Source: Desulfobulbus sp. (GTDB lineage Bacteria > Desulfobacterota > Desulfobulbia > Desulfobulbales > Desulfobulbaceae). Taken from it: 64,000 nt of DNA. This document shows positions 18,883 through 29,448 of this stretch, one piece after another. The notes under the pieces are model-generated. The model searched no databases and was not told the DNA's origin. It saw only the letters and a list, made by a program, of their open reading frames with translations. The translations under genes were made by a program, and so were the position numbers. Position 1 is the stretch's first letter. Every line of letters starts with the position of its first letter. The stretch is from assembly GCF_031280615.1 (NCBI RefSeq), contig NZ_JAITGO010000001.1; one strand, given 5' to 3'.

Positions 18883-19452
18883 ATGATTGACACGTCGGGC
18901 CATCATATCGTCTACGGCGAATTGCGGGATTACCTCACCGGCGAGGTGCTGGCCGATACCGACGATGAACGCATCCGCCAGGATCTGGCCCGGTTGCTGG
19001 TGGAACGGCTTGGCTATGGCAAACACGAACTCGAGCCCCGGTTGACCATCGACACCTGCTACAACGGCATTCGGACGCGAAGCCTGATCGAACTCGCCGT
19101 TCGCCTCGACGGCCGGCGGCTGTTCATCGTCCGCTACGGTCCCGGTTCCCTGATCACCAGGGAAAAAGCGGCGATTGCCGCCGCACGCCTGCTCGAGTCC
19201 GATTACCGCATCCCTTTGGCGGTGGTCACCAACGGCCGGGACGCGGAGCTGCTGGAAACGGCGCGGGGCAAGGTGCTGGCCACCGGCATGGACTGCATTC
19301 CCGACCGGGGCCGGGCAACGACGCTGGCCGGCGAATACGCGCTCGAGCCTTTTGCCGACCCTGAAAAACGGGATCAGGCCTTGCGCATCCTCAATGTGTT
19401 TGACCAAGAGGTCTGCTGTTTCGGCAATAGCTGCCTCAACGATGCCCGTTGA
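18883..19452 (+). CDS. type I restriction enzyme HsdR N-terminal-like (PD-(D/E)xK fold) domain protein, standalone
   Basis: HHIVYGELRDYLTGEVLADTDDERIRQDLARLLVE...LFIVRYGPGSL...IPLAVVTNG resembles the small HsdR_N-domain proteins common in deltaproteobacteria. Start taken at the ATG at 18883. Confidence 0.55.
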   Translation: MIDTSGHHIVYGELRDYLTGEVLADTDDERIRQDLARLLVERLGYGKHELEPRLTIDTCYNGIRTRSLIELAVRLDGRRLFIVRYGPGSLITREKAAIAAARLLESDYRIPLAVVTNGRDAELLETARGKVLATGMDCIPDRGRATTLAGEYALEPFADPEKRDQALRILNVFDQEVCCFGNSCLNDAR

Positions 19453-19528
19453 AAACAACAAGAAGCCGACACGGTGGCCGATAGCCGCCGCAACCGGCAC
19501 CCGATCAACCCTCACCCACACGACACTC

Positions 19529-20878
19529 ATGGAGAAAAAGCGTACCTGGAACAAGACAAGCTGGCAGAACCATCCCGCCCTGCAACAGCCGAACTGGCCG
19601 GACAAGGAGCGATTCGACGAGATCGTCGAAACCCTGTCCTTGCTACCTCCGCTGGTTTTTGCCGGAGAAATCAGGGACCTGAAGGCGTTGCTCGCCAGGG
19701 CGGTCAAGGGGGAGGCCTTCCTGCTCCAGGGCGGCGATTGTTCCGAGGAGTTTTCCCGCTGCACCGCGCCCAATATCCGCGAGACCCTCAAGGTGCTGCT
19801 GCAGATGGCGGTCATCCTCACCTATGCCGGCAACAAGCCGGTGGTCAAGGTCGGCCGCATTGCCGGCCAGTATGCCAAGCCGCGTTCCAGCGATACCGAG
19901 AAGATCAACGGCATTGAGATCCCCAGCTATCGGGGCGACATGGCCAACTCCGCCGAGCCGGTGCTGGAGGCGCGCATTCCCGACCCGGAACGGATGCTCA
20001 AGGGCTATCACCTGTCGGCGGCGACGATGAACCTGCTGCGGGCCTTCACCCGCGGCGGTTTCAGTTCGCTGCACCGGGTCCAGGCCTGGAACCAGGAGTT
20101 CGTCAAGCAGTCGCCCATGGGACGGTCGTACGAGCGCATGGCCAAGCAGATCAGCAATGCCCTCAAGTTCATGGAAACCATCGGCATCTCCACCGATATC
20201 CCCCAGATGAAGGAGGCCCAGTTCTTCACCTCGCACGAGGCCCTGTTCCTCGGCTACGAACAGGCCCTGACCCGGCAGGACTCGGTGGCCGGCGGCTGGT
20301 ACGACTGTTCCGCCCACATGCTGTGGATCGGCGACCGCACCCGCCAGATCGACGGCGCCCACGTCGAATTTCTCAAGGGAGTGCGCAATCCGCTCGGCAT
20401 GAAGGTCGGCCCCAATTACGATGCCGACGACATCCTGGCGATCATCGAGCGGTTGAACCCGGAAAACGAGCCCGGCCGCATCACCCTGATCACCAGGTTC
20501 GGCTACAAGGCGATCGACAAGTATCTACCGCCCCTGCTGCGGGCGGTTAAAAAATCGGGTTTCAACGTGCTCTGGACCTGCGACCCGATGCACGCCAACA
20601 CCTTCAAGGCCGAATCCGGGCTCAAAACCCGCGATTTCGAGAATATCCTTTCCGAGTTGCGGTGTTTTTTCGAGTTGAACTGGGTGGAGGGCACTGTGCC
20701 CGGCGGCGTTCATTTCGAGCTGACCGGCGACGACGTCACCGAATGCATCGGCGGGGCCCGCCAGCTTTCCGACGCCCAGCTCAGCCAGCGGTATCTCACC
20801 ACCTGCGACCCGCGGCTCAACGCGGAGCAGGCCCTGGAAATGGCCTTCCAGATCGCGGAGATGATCCGCAGCAGTTGA
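19529..20878 (+). CDS. aroF: 3-deoxy-7-phosphoheptulonate (DAHP) synthase, class II
   Basis: 449 aa; WQNHPALQQPNWPD...FLLQGGDCSEEF...VKVGRIAGQYAKPRS...IPSYRGD...WIGDRTRQ are class II DAHPS hallmarks. Confidence 0.9.
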   Translation: MEKKRTWNKTSWQNHPALQQPNWPDKERFDEIVETLSLLPPLVFAGEIRDLKALLARAVKGEAFLLQGGDCSEEFSRCTAPNIRETLKVLLQMAVILTYAGNKPVVKVGRIAGQYAKPRSSDTEKINGIEIPSYRGDMANSAEPVLEARIPDPERMLKGYHLSAATMNLLRAFTRGGFSSLHRVQAWNQEFVKQSPMGRSYERMAKQISNALKFMETIGISTDIPQMKEAQFFTSHEALFLGYEQALTRQDSVAGGWYDCSAHMLWIGDRTRQIDGAHVEFLKGVRNPLGMKVGPNYDADDILAIIERLNPENEPGRITLITRFGYKAIDKYLPPLLRAVKKSGFNVLWTCDPMHANTFKAESGLKTRDFENILSELRCFFELNWVEGTVPGGVHFELTGDDVTECIGGARQLSDAQLSQRYLTTCDPRLNAEQALEMAFQIAEMIRSS

Positions 20879-20940
20879 GGAGAAAGGCCTCTGAGGCTCG
20901 GTCGGGAAGAAGGAGGTAAAAGCGGCTCGGCGATGCCCGG

Positions 20941-21378
20941 TCAGGTGGCGAAGATGGCGGCGATTTCGTCGCGGGAGGTGCTGTCGAGCAGCCGTTGCCG
21001 GTTGCCCGGCTGCTTGAGGATCTTGCTGACCATGGCCAGGGTTTTCAGGTATTCTCCGGCCTTGCTGGCCGGAGAAAGCAGCATGACGAACAGGTGGGCG
21101 GGCCGGTTGTCGATGGCGTCGAAATCGATCCCGGTCTTGCTGCGCCCGAAGCAGAGCAGGATTTCGTCCAGTCCTTCGAGCTTGCCGTGGGGGATGGCCA
21201 CGCCATTGCCGAGCCCGGTCGAGCCCACGGCCTCGCGCTCCATCAGGGCGTGCAACAGCGTTGCTTCGGTAAAGCGGCCGCAGACCGTGGCGGCAACGCC
21301 CGCCAACTCGCGCAGGGCGGCTTCTTTGGTGGCTGCCTTCATATTGAGCAGCATGGCGTCGTGGAGCAGCCGGGGCAT
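20941..21378 (-). CDS. ptsN: PTS IIA-like nitrogen regulatory protein (EIIA-Ntr)
   Basis: 145 aa; GLGNGVAIPHGKL active-site His motif; immediately downstream of rpoN. Confidence 0.85.
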   Translation of the reverse strand: MPRLLHDAMLLNMKAATKEAALRELAGVAATVCGRFTEATLLHALMEREAVGSTGLGNGVAIPHGKLEGLDEILLCFGRSKTGIDFDAIDNRPAHLFVMLLSPASKAGEYLKTLAMVSKILKQPGNRQRLLDSTSRDEIAAIFAT

Positions 21379-21384
21379 GGCGGA

Positions 21385-22836
21385 TCAGTGGGTCTGTCTC
21401 CGGTGCTTGACCGGAAGAATTTTTAGTTGTTCCCGATACTTGGCAACGGTGCGCCGGGCAACGGAGATGTTTTCCTTGGCCAGCAGCTCGGAGATCTTGC
21501 TGTCGCTCAGCGGCTTGATCGGGTTCTCGCCGTTCACCAGTTGGCGGATCCTGGTCTTGATCGCCTCGGCCGCCACCGAATCGCCGTCCGGGGTGGCCAC
21601 CGCCGTGCTGAAAAAGTATTTCAGCTCATAGATGCCTTGGGGGCAGTGCACGTATTTGTTGGATGTCACCCGGCTGACGGTCGACTCGTGCATGCCGATA
21701 TCCTCAGCCACATCCCGCAGGATCAGCGGTTTCATCGCCGCCGATCCGTACTCGAAAAAATCCCGTTGAAACTTGAGCAGGCTTTCCATGACCCGGTAAA
21801 TGGTCCGCTGCCGCTGCTCGATCGACTTGATGAACCACTCGGCATTACGTTTGTTTTCGCGTAGATAGCCGCGCGACTCCGGCGAGAGGCCATTTTTCTG
21901 CTTGAGCAGTTGCTGATATTCGCTGGAAAGCTGTAGCTGCGGCATTCCCTCGTCGTTGAGTTGGATGACGAATTCGCCGTCGACCTTGTAGACGAACACA
22001 TCCGGCACCACGTAGTTGGTCTGCTCGTTGCTGAATTCGTTGCCGGGGTAGGGGGTCAGCTCCTGGATGACGGACACCGCCTCGTGCACTTTCTTGAGCG
22101 GGGCGCCGGTTTCCTTGGAGATTTGGGCATAGTTGCGCGATTCGAGCAGGCCCATGTGCTCCTCGACGATGCGCCAAGCCAGGGGATGGTCCTGGTCGAG
22201 GCGGTCGAGCTGCAACAGGAGCGATTCGCGGATGTCGCGGGCAGCGACCCCGGCCGGATCGAGGCTTTGCACCAGAAGCAGCGCCCCTTCGGCTTCTTCG
22301 TTGCTGCAGTTGCCGAAGGTGCAGATATCCTCGATGCTGGCTTCCAGGAATCCGTGTTCGTCGAGGTTGCAGACGATGAAGGTGGTCAGCTCGACATCCA
22401 ACTCGGTCATGTCGAGATGGGTCAGCTGCCACTGTAGGTAGGACGCCAGGCCGGGCGTGGCGGAGATGAAATCGAACTGGGATGGGGCGTCGGCCGGCGG
22501 GGCTTCATGGGAAAAGGAGAGGTCCGAGTCGAAGGCGTTGGAATAATCGTCCCAATTGACCTCGGTCACACTGGCCGGGTCGTCTCCCTTGATCCGGTCG
22601 GTGACCACCGCTTCCGCCTGATAGGTGTTTTCTTCCGCGCTGAGCGCCTCGGGATTGGCGGTCGGCTCAAGAACGCTCGGCACCTCTTCCAGCATGGGAT
22701 TCTGCTCGATCTCCGCCTGCAGGGCCTCGGTGAGTTCCAGGCGGCCCAGCTGCAACAGCTTGATGGCTTGACGCAGCTGCGGCGTCATCACCAGTTTTTG
22801 TGCCAGCTTGAGGCTTTGCCTGAGTTCGAGGGCCAT
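21385..22836 (-). CDS. rpoN: RNA polymerase sigma-54 factor
   Basis: MALELRQSLKLAQKLVMTPQLRQAIKLLQL at the N-terminus; C-terminal RpoN box ARRTVAKYR. Confidence 0.95.
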   Translation of the reverse strand: MALELRQSLKLAQKLVMTPQLRQAIKLLQLGRLELTEALQAEIEQNPMLEEVPSVLEPTANPEALSAEENTYQAEAVVTDRIKGDDPASVTEVNWDDYSNAFDSDLSFSHEAPPADAPSQFDFISATPGLASYLQWQLTHLDMTELDVELTTFIVCNLDEHGFLEASIEDICTFGNCSNEEAEGALLLVQSLDPAGVAARDIRESLLLQLDRLDQDHPLAWRIVEEHMGLLESRNYAQISKETGAPLKKVHEAVSVIQELTPYPGNEFSNEQTNYVVPDVFVYKVDGEFVIQLNDEGMPQLQLSSEYQQLLKQKNGLSPESRGYLRENKRNAEWFIKSIEQRQRTIYRVMESLLKFQRDFFEYGSAAMKPLILRDVAEDIGMHESTVSRVTSNKYVHCPQGIYELKYFFSTAVATPDGDSVAAEAIKTRIRQLVNGENPIKPLSDSKISELLAKENISVARRTVAKYREQLKILPVKHRRQTH

Positions 22837-22880
22837 GGGAAATCGGATTTTTTATTTGCGGTTTTACTGTCGGCGACGGG

Positions 22881-23612
22881 TCACATGGTGAAATGGTCGC
22901 CCAGGTACATTTTTCTCGCCACCGTGCTCTGAATGATGTCGTCGGCGCCGCCGCTGGTGAGAATCTGACCGTTATTCATAATATAGGCAAAGTCGCAGAC
23001 CTGCAAGGTTTCTCGGACATTGTGATCGGAGATCAGGATGCCCAGCCCCTTCTGTTTCAAGTCGCGGATAATATCCTGGAGATCGGCCACCGACAGGGGG
23101 TCGACGCCGGCAAAGGGCTCGTCGAGCAGGATGAAACGCGGCTTGGTGGCCAGGGCCCGCATGATTTCCACCCGTCGCCGCTCGCCGCCGGACAGGGCGT
23201 GCCCCTTGTTGCCGGCCAGATATTCCAGCTTCAGTTCCGCCATCAGCTCGCCGATCCGGTTGTTGATCTCGTTGCGCGACAGTCCCAGGGGCTCCAGTAC
23301 GATCCGGATGTTCTCCTCGACCGTCAGTTTCTTGAAGACCGACGGCTCTTGCGCCAGATAGGTGATGCCGCGCGAGGCCCGTTTGTGAATGGGCAGGGCG
23401 GTGATGTCTTCCTCGTCCAGGAGGATGGCGCCGCTGGTCGGGCGGATGAAACCGACGATCGAATAAAAAGTGGTGGTTTTGCCGGCGCCGTTCGGCCCGA
23501 GCAGGCCGACCACCGAGGAACTGTAGACCTGCACGTCGACCCGGTCGACCACCCGCCGGTCGCGGTACTCCTTGACCAGCCCCCGGGTTTCGAGGACAGA
23601 GGTTTCGGTCAT
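22881..23612 (-). CDS. lptB: LPS export ABC transporter ATP-binding protein
   Basis: GLLGPNGAGKTTTF, LSGGERRRVEI, ILLDEPFAGVDP; position between lptA and rpoN. Confidence 0.95.
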   Translation of the reverse strand: MTETSVLETRGLVKEYRDRRVVDRVDVQVYSSSVVGLLGPNGAGKTTTFYSIVGFIRPTSGAILLDEEDITALPIHKRASRGITYLAQEPSVFKKLTVEENIRIVLEPLGLSRNEINNRIGELMAELKLEYLAGNKGHALSGGERRRVEIMRALATKPRFILLDEPFAGVDPLSVADLQDIIRDLKQKGLGILISDHNVRETLQVCDFAYIMNNGQILTSGGADDIIQSTVARKMYLGDHFTM

Positions 23613-24160
23613 GGTTTTTTCTTGGATTCCGGGTGGATAATCGCCCGGACCCGGTTGTTGCCGCCGGTGTCCGGCTCGACGACCGACCGTTTCTCGTCAA
23701 GATAATAGACGATGCTCTTGCCGGACACCATGTTCTGGCCTTGCCAGGCCCTGGCATTGCCGCTGAGCACCGCCTTGCGTTCCTTGGCGAAATAATCCAT
23801 CCGCTCGCCGGCGCCCAGCCAGTCGCCCTGGCTGATCTTGACATTGCCGGTGCAAATCAGCTTCTCCACCTGGTTGGTGGGCTGGCCGCTTTGCTGCTGG
23901 CCCTGCGGCGTCTCGCCTTTTTTTTCGGTATAGAACACGGTCATCTCGTCGGACTTGATGGTGAGAGTGCCTTGGCGGGCGTCGACCTTGCCGATGAATA
24001 CCACCGAATTCTTGTTTTCTTGGGAAACCATGCGGTTGGCTTCGATGCTGATCGGCTGGTCCGACTCCTCGGCGGCGGCCTGGCCGTTGGCCGGGTCCGG
24101 CGGCAGGAGAAAAGCGGTCAGAAGCAGGGTGGTGCAAACGGCGGTATGAAAACGGCCCAT
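23609..24160 (-). CDS. lptA: LPS transport periplasmic protein LptA (OstA-like)
   Basis: Signal peptide plus OstA_N-like beta-jellyroll repeats (IEANRM...VFIGKVDARQGTLTIKSDEMTV...GNVKISQGD...LSGNARAWQGQN). 4-nt overlap with lptB. Confidence 0.75.
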   Translation of the reverse strand: MGRFHTAVCTTLLLTAFLLPPDPANGQAAAEESDQPISIEANRMVSQENKNSVVFIGKVDARQGTLTIKSDEMTVFYTEKKGETPQGQQQSGQPTNQVEKLICTGNVKISQGDWLGAGERMDYFAKERKAVLSGNARAWQGQNMVSGKSIVYYLDEKRSVVEPDTGGNNRVRAIIHPESKKKP

Positions 24161-24405
24161 GGCTGGCCCCTTGGTCGAAATAAAAAAGGTGGCAATGTTT
24201 TTTTCGGTTTGCTTTTTGCAAGAATCTCTCCATAATACTGGGTTCTCCGCGGAATGTAAAGGCCCGGAATGGAGACGAGGTCCTTTTCTTTGGCAAGGAA
24301 ATAGAATGGTTTACACCGGGGGGAAGCAGCGGTACAATGGGCGTCCGCATTTCAGCCGGACAGGGGTAAACGGATTTTAGAGTCGCAATCGGACAGGGAA
24401 AACAC

Positions 24406-25293
24406 ATGATACGCGAGGAAATCGCCAAGGCCAAGGTGCTGGTGGAGTCGCTTCCCTATATTCGTGAATTCAGGGAAAAAACCGTAGTGATCAAGTATGG
24501 CGGCCATGCCATGGTCGACGAGGCCTTGAAGCGCAACTTCGCCCTCGATGTCATCTTGATGAAATACATCGGCCTCAACCCGGTGATCGTGCACGGCGGC
24601 GGTCCGCAAATCAACCGCTTCCTGGAAAAGATGCAGGTCACCCCCAGCTATGTCCAGGGGATGCGGGTCACCGACGGCGAAACCATGGACGTGGTCGAGA
24701 TGGTGCTGGTCGGCAAGGTCAACAAGGAGATCGTCGGCCTGATCAATCATTGCGGCGGCAAGGCGGTCGGGCTTTCCGGCCGGGACGGCGATTTGGTGCA
24801 GGCCCGCAAGCTGACCATCCAGGGCAAGCCCGCAGCCGAGGACCAACCGCCGGAATTGATCGACATCGGCCGGGTCGGCGAGGTGACTCGGATCAATCCC
24901 GAAATCCTCACCGCTCTCGACCGGCAGGACTTCATCCCGGTCATTGCCCCGGTGGGGGTCGGCGAGGACGGCCGGGCCTTCAACATCAACGCCGACCTGG
25001 TAGCCGGGGCGATCGCCGCCGAGCTGAACGCGGTCAAGCTGATGCTGCTCACCGATGTCGAGGGCGTGAAAAACCAGAACGGCGAGCTGATTTCCACCAT
25101 TTATCGCGACCAGATCGACGACTTGATCGCGGCCGGGGTGATCAAGGGGGGGATGATTCCCAAGGTCAACTGCTGCAAGGCGGCTCTGGACGGCGGCGTA
25201 GCCAAGGCGCACATCATCGACGGCCGCCAGGAGCATGCTGTTTTATTGGAAATTTTTACCCGGAAAGGAATCGGGACGGAGTTGGTGGCATGA
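24406..25293 (+). CDS. argB: acetylglutamate kinase
   Basis: VIKYGGHAM...[11 protein letters not shown]...[14 protein letters not shown]. Confidence 0.95.
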   Translation: MIREEIAKAKVLVESLPYIREFREKTVVIKYGGHAMVDEALKRNFALDVILMKYIGLNPVIVHGGGPQINRFLEKMQVTPSYVQGMRVTDGETMDVVEMVLVGKVNKEIVGLINHCGGKAVGLSGRDGDLVQARKLTIQGKPAAEDQPPELIDIGRVGEVTRINPEILTALDRQDFIPVIAPVGVGEDGRAFNINADLVAGAIAAELNAVKLMLLTDVEGVKNQNGELISTIYRDQIDDLIAAGVIKGGMIPKVNCCKAALDGGVAKAHIIDGRQEHAVLLEIFTRKGIGTELVA

Positions 25294-26486
25294 CAAACGC
25301 AGAATGGGCGACGAGAGGTAACAAGGTGTTCATCGGAACCTACAGCCGGTTTCCGGCGGCCATGGTCAAGGGCAGCGGTTGCCGTCTCTGGGATGCGGAC
25401 GGCAAGGAATATCTCGATTTCCTGGCCGGGATCGCGGTCTGTTCGCTGGGGCACTGCCACCCGGCGGTCACCGAGGCCATTTGCCGTCAGGCCGGCGAAC
25501 TGGTCCACGTCTCGAATCTGTTCCACACCCCGCCGCAGATCCGGCTGGCCGAGTTGCTCGTCAACAACAGCTTTGCCGACCGGGTGTTCATGTGCAATTC
25601 CGGGGCCGAGGCCAACGAGGCGGCGATCAAGCTGGCCCGGATTCACAGCGGCGAAGGCCGCTACGAGATCATCTCGCTGGCCGGCTCGTTCCACGGCCGG
25701 ACGCTCGCCACCGTGGCTGCCACCGGCCAGCCCCGATTCCACCAGGGGTTCGAGCCCCTGCCCCAGGGATTCGTCCACGCCGAGTTCGGCGATCCGCGCA
25801 CCATCGAGGCCCTGGTCTCGTCCAAAACCTGTGCCATCCTGTGCGAACCCCTTCAGGGCGAAAGCGGGGTCCGGCCCCTGGAGCCCGAGTATATTCGGGC
25901 GATCCGCGACATCTGCGACCGGCACGGTCTGTTGCTGATTTTCGACGAAGTCCAGACCGGGCTTGGCCGGACCGGCACCCTGTTCGCCCATGAGCAGCTG
26001 GGCGTGACGCCGGACATCATGACCCTGGCCAAGGCCTTGGGCAACGGCCTGCCGCTTGGCGCCATGCTGACCACCGAGAGCATCGCCGCCTCGCTGACCG
26101 TGGGCACCCATGCCTCCACCTTCGGCGGCAATCCGGTGGCGACGGCCGCCGCAGTCGAGGTGCTCACCCTCATGCTGGCAGACGGCTTCATGGCGTCGAT
26201 CCGCGAGAAAAGCGCCTATTTCGTCGACAAACTCCAGGGGGTGGCCGTCCGCTATCCCCAGTGGGCCACCGGCGTGCGCGGACGGGGGCTGCTGCTTGGC
26301 CTGATGTTGACCGACAAGGGTATCGAGCGCGGCGCGGAGATCGTCCAGCGGATGTTCGAGGAAGGGGCCTTGATCAACTTTGCCGGCAACAGGGTCCTGC
26401 GTTTCGTGCCGCCCCTGATCGTCGGCACGGCCGAGATCGACACGCTGGTCGACAAGCTCTGTTTGGTGCTCGACCGACTGGCCTAG
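25290..26486 (+). CDS. argD: acetylornithine aminotransferase
   Basis: ATGA overlap with argB; [18 protein letters not shown]...[17 protein letters not shown]...[13 protein letters not shown]...[10 protein letters not shown]. Confidence 0.9.
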   Translation: MTNAEWATRGNKVFIGTYSRFPAAMVKGSGCRLWDADGKEYLDFLAGIAVCSLGHCHPAVTEAICRQAGELVHVSNLFHTPPQIRLAELLVNNSFADRVFMCNSGAEANEAAIKLARIHSGEGRYEIISLAGSFHGRTLATVAATGQPRFHQGFEPLPQGFVHAEFGDPRTIEALVSSKTCAILCEPLQGESGVRPLEPEYIRAIRDICDRHGLLLIFDEVQTGLGRTGTLFAHEQLGVTPDIMTLAKALGNGLPLGAMLTTESIAASLTVGTHASTFGGNPVATAAAVEVLTLMLADGFMASIREKSAYFVDKLQGVAVRYPQWATGVRGRGLLLGLMLTDKGIERGAEIVQRMFEEGALINFAGNRVLRFVPPLIVGTAEIDTLVDKLCLVLDRLA

Positions 26487-26504
26487 GCCACCGGTCTGCC
26501 CTCC

Positions 26505-27092
26505 ATGGATGCCGTTTCCTTGGTGGCCGTGGCCGTGGCCCTGGCCATGGATGCCTTTGCCGTTGCCCTGGCCGCCGGCGCCGTCCTCCATCCCCTGACC
26601 TTCCGGCCCTGTTTCCGCCTGGCCTTTCATTTCGGCCTGTTCCAGGCGATCATGCCGGTGATCGGCTGGTTGGCCGGGCTTACGGTGCACGCCTTTGTCG
26701 CCACCTGGAGCCATTGGATCGCCTTTGCCCTTTTGGCCTACATCGGCGGGCGGATGGTGTGCGAGGCCCTGAAGGGCGAGGAAGAGGGCGCGCAACCCGC
26801 CGACCCGAGCCGGGGACTGACCATGGTGGCCCTGTCGGTGGCCACCAGTATCGACGCCTTGGCGGTTGGCCTGACCCTGGCCATGCTCGACGTGGTCATC
26901 TGGATTCCCTCGTTGGTGATCGGTCTGGTCGCCTCGGCCTTTACGATCGTGGGGCTTTTTCTCGGTACCCAGGCCGGCCGCCGCTGGGGACGGTGGGTCG
27001 AGGTGGCGGGGGGCGCCATTTTGATCGGCATCGGCCTGAAGATACTCCTCACCGCCCTGTTCTTCGAACAAGCGACTGCAAGCATGGGCTGA
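26505..27092 (+). CDS. mntP: manganese efflux pump MntP-family membrane protein
   Basis: 195 aa, 6 TM; duplicated AMDAFAV / SIDALAVG motifs. Confidence 0.8.
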   Translation: MDAVSLVAVAVALAMDAFAVALAAGAVLHPLTFRPCFRLAFHFGLFQAIMPVIGWLAGLTVHAFVATWSHWIAFALLAYIGGRMVCEALKGEEEGAQPADPSRGLTMVALSVATSIDALAVGLTLAMLDVVIWIPSLVIGLVASAFTIVGLFLGTQAGRRWGRWVEVAGGAILIGIGLKILLTALFFEQATASMG

Positions 27093-27275
27093 CTCCTTTT
27101 CCACCGTCTTTCCCGCCCTGTCGAATGGGGGGCTTGTCCGCGAAATCCCTTTGCAACGATCCCGTTTTCTTGTATGAATTGTTTTTTCTCAGGAGCGGTG
27201 CGATGCCCCGAAAGGCCCGATGCACCGGCATGCGTTGGTGTGTCGCCGCTCCCGGATTATCTTGGGAAGAACGCT

Positions 27276-28202
27276 ATGAACAACCATCTCTTGGCGTTGG
27301 GCGATTTTTCGCGGGAAACATTGCGTTCCTTGATCGATCGAGCCCTCGCGTTGAAAGCCGACCGCAAGCGGGGCCTCCGCAACCAGACCCTTGCCGGCCG
27401 CACCATCTGTCTCCTGTTCGAAAAACCATCGACCCGCACCCGGGTGTCCTTCGAGTCCGGCATGTACGGCCTGGGCGGCCAGGTAATCTTCATGTCCGCC
27501 AAGGAGTCCCAATTGGGGCGCGGCGAGCCGCTCAAGGACACGGCCCGGGTGCTCTCCCGCTATGTCGATGCCATCGTGGTCCGTACCTTCGGCCAGAATG
27601 TGGTCGAAGAGCTGGCCCGGTATGCCACGGTCCCGGTGATCAACGCCCTGACCGATCTCTACCATCCTTGCCAAGTCCTCAGCGACCTGATGACCGTGCT
27701 CGAAGTGAAGGGCACGCTGGACGGCGTCAAGACCGTCTGGATCGGCGATGGCAACAACATGGCCAACTCTTGGATCGAGGCCGCCTCGGTGTTCGGTTTT
27801 CCGCTGACCCTGGCCTGTCCGGCCGGTTTTGATCCCAACGAGGCCATTCTGGCCAAGGCGCGGGCGCGCGGCACCCTGCCGATCAGCATCGTACGCGACC
27901 CGGCCGAGGCTATCCGCGGCGCCGAGGTGGTCAATGTCGATGTCTGGGCCTCCATGGGCCAGGAAGCGGAACAGGAACAACGGATCGGCCTGTTTCGGCA
28001 ATACCAGCTCGACGCGGCCTTGCTGGCCAAGGCGGACCGCAATGCCGTGGTCATGCATTGCCTGCCCGCCCATCGCGGGGAAGAGGTCACCGAGGAGGTC
28101 CTGGAGGGGCCGCAGAGCGTGATTTTCGATCAGGCGGAAAACAAGATGCACATCCATGCGGCCATCCTGGAGCATTTCATCCTCAAGGGCAGGGCCGCAT
28201 AA
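27276..28202 (+). CDS. argF: ornithine carbamoyltransferase
   Basis: FEKPSTRTRVSFE, HPCQ, DVWASMG, HCLPAHRGEEV. Confidence 0.9.
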   Translation: MNNHLLALGDFSRETLRSLIDRALALKADRKRGLRNQTLAGRTICLLFEKPSTRTRVSFESGMYGLGGQVIFMSAKESQLGRGEPLKDTARVLSRYVDAIVVRTFGQNVVEELARYATVPVINALTDLYHPCQVLSDLMTVLEVKGTLDGVKTVWIGDGNNMANSWIEAASVFGFPLTLACPAGFDPNEAILAKARARGTLPISIVRDPAEAIRGAEVVNVDVWASMGQEAEQEQRIGLFRQYQLDAALLAKADRNAVVMHCLPAHRGEEVTEEVLEGPQSVIFDQAENKMHIHAAILEHFILKGRAA

Positions 28203-28248
28203 CTCTTTAACCATCGTTGGGCCGCGCGGCCTGTGACAGAGCAAGTTT

Positions 28249-29448
28249 ATGAGCGTGAAAAAAATCGTTCTCGCCTACTCCGGCGGATTGGATACCTCGG
28301 TCATCCTCAAGTGGCTGGCCAATGAATACGGCTGCCCGGTCATTGCCTATTCCGCCGACATCGGCCAGAAGGAGGACTGGGATGCGGTCCGGGCCAAGGG
28401 TTTGGCCACCGGCGCGGAGCAGGTGATCGTCTCCGACCTGCGCGAGGAATTTGTCCGCGACTATATTTTCCCGGCCTTTCGCGCCAACGCCATTTACGAG
28501 GGTTCCTACCTGCTGGGCACCTCGCTGGCCCGGCCGCTGATCGCCAAGGAACAGGTGCGGATCGCCGTCCAGGAAGGGGCGGATGCGGTCAGCCACGGCG
28601 CCACCGGCAAGGGGAACGACCAGGTCCGCTTCGAATTGAGCTACATGGCGCTCAACCCGAAGCTGGGCATAATCGCCCCCTGGCGGATCTGGGACCTCAA
28701 CTCCCGGCAGAAGCTGGTCGCCTTTGCCAAGGAGCACGACATCCCGGTGCCGGTGACCAAGAAGAATCCCTACAGTTCGGACGAGAACCTGCTCCACATC
28801 AGCTTCGAAGGCGGCATTCTGGAAGACCCCTGGAACGAACCCGACGAGGAGATGTTCAAGCTGACGGTCTCCCCGGAAAAGGCGCCGGACAAGGCCACCT
28901 ATGTCGAGATCGAATTCGAGCGGGGCACGCCCGTTGCCATCGATGGCGAGCGGCTCTCGCCGGTGGCGCTGATGACCAGGCTCAACACCCTGGGCGGGGC
29001 CAACGGCATCGGCCGCCTCGACATGGTCGAAAACCGCTTTGTCGGCATGAAGTCGCGCGGCGTCTACGAAACCCCCGGCGGCACCGTCCTGCGGGCCGCG
29101 CACCGGGACCTGGAAACCATTACCTTGGACCGGGAAGTGCTCAATATCCGCGATTCCTTGGTGCCCCGCTATTCGCAGCTCATCTACAATGGCTTCTGGT
29201 TCTCGCCGGAGATGCAACTGCTCCAACGCACCATGGACGATGCCCAGGCCACGGTCAACGGCACCGTCCGGCTCAAGCTTTACAAGGGCAACTGTATCGC
29301 CGTGGGGCGCAAGTCGGCGAATTCTCTTTATTCCGAGTCGTTTGCCACCTTCGAGGAAGACGAGGTCTACAACCAGGCCGACGCCACCGGCTTTATCCGG
29401 CTCAATGCCCTGCGCCTGCGTATCCAGGCCCACCAGCGGATGAAATGA
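28249..29448 (+). CDS. argG: argininosuccinate synthase
   Basis: [11 protein letters not shown]...[14 protein letters not shown]. Confidence 0.95.
   Translation: MSVKKIVLAYSGGLDTSVILKWLANEYGCPVIAYSADIGQKEDWDAVRAKGLATGAEQVIVSDLREEFVRDYIFPAFRANAIYEGSYLLGTSLARPLIAKEQVRIAVQEGADAVSHGATGKGNDQVRFELSYMALNPKLGIIAPWRIWDLNSRQKLVAFAKEHDIPVPVTKKNPYSSDENLLHISFEGGILEDPWNEPDEEMFKLTVSPEKAPDKATYVEIEFERGTPVAIDGERLSPVALMTRLNTLGGANGIGRLDMVENRFVGMKSRGVYETPGGTVLRAAHRDLETITLDREVLNIRDSLVPRYSQLIYNGFWFSPEMQLLQRTMDDAQATVNGTVRLKLYKGNCIAVGRKSANSLYSESFATFEEDEVYNQADATGFIRLNALRLRIQAHQRMK

Noticed and set aside
23697-24434. 245-aa minus-strand ORF upstream of and overlapping lptA, considered as lptC
   Set aside because: It is out of frame with and largely overlaps lptA, and has Arg/Pro-rich composition with no LptC-like TM anchor or OstA fold pattern. 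Only ~245 nt separate lptA from divergent argB, so no lptC is present here.
25101-27104. 667-aa minus-strand ORF
   Set aside because: It is antisense to argD and mntP, which have clear family motifs. The translation is a low-complexity Gly/Arg/Asp/His-rich sequence.
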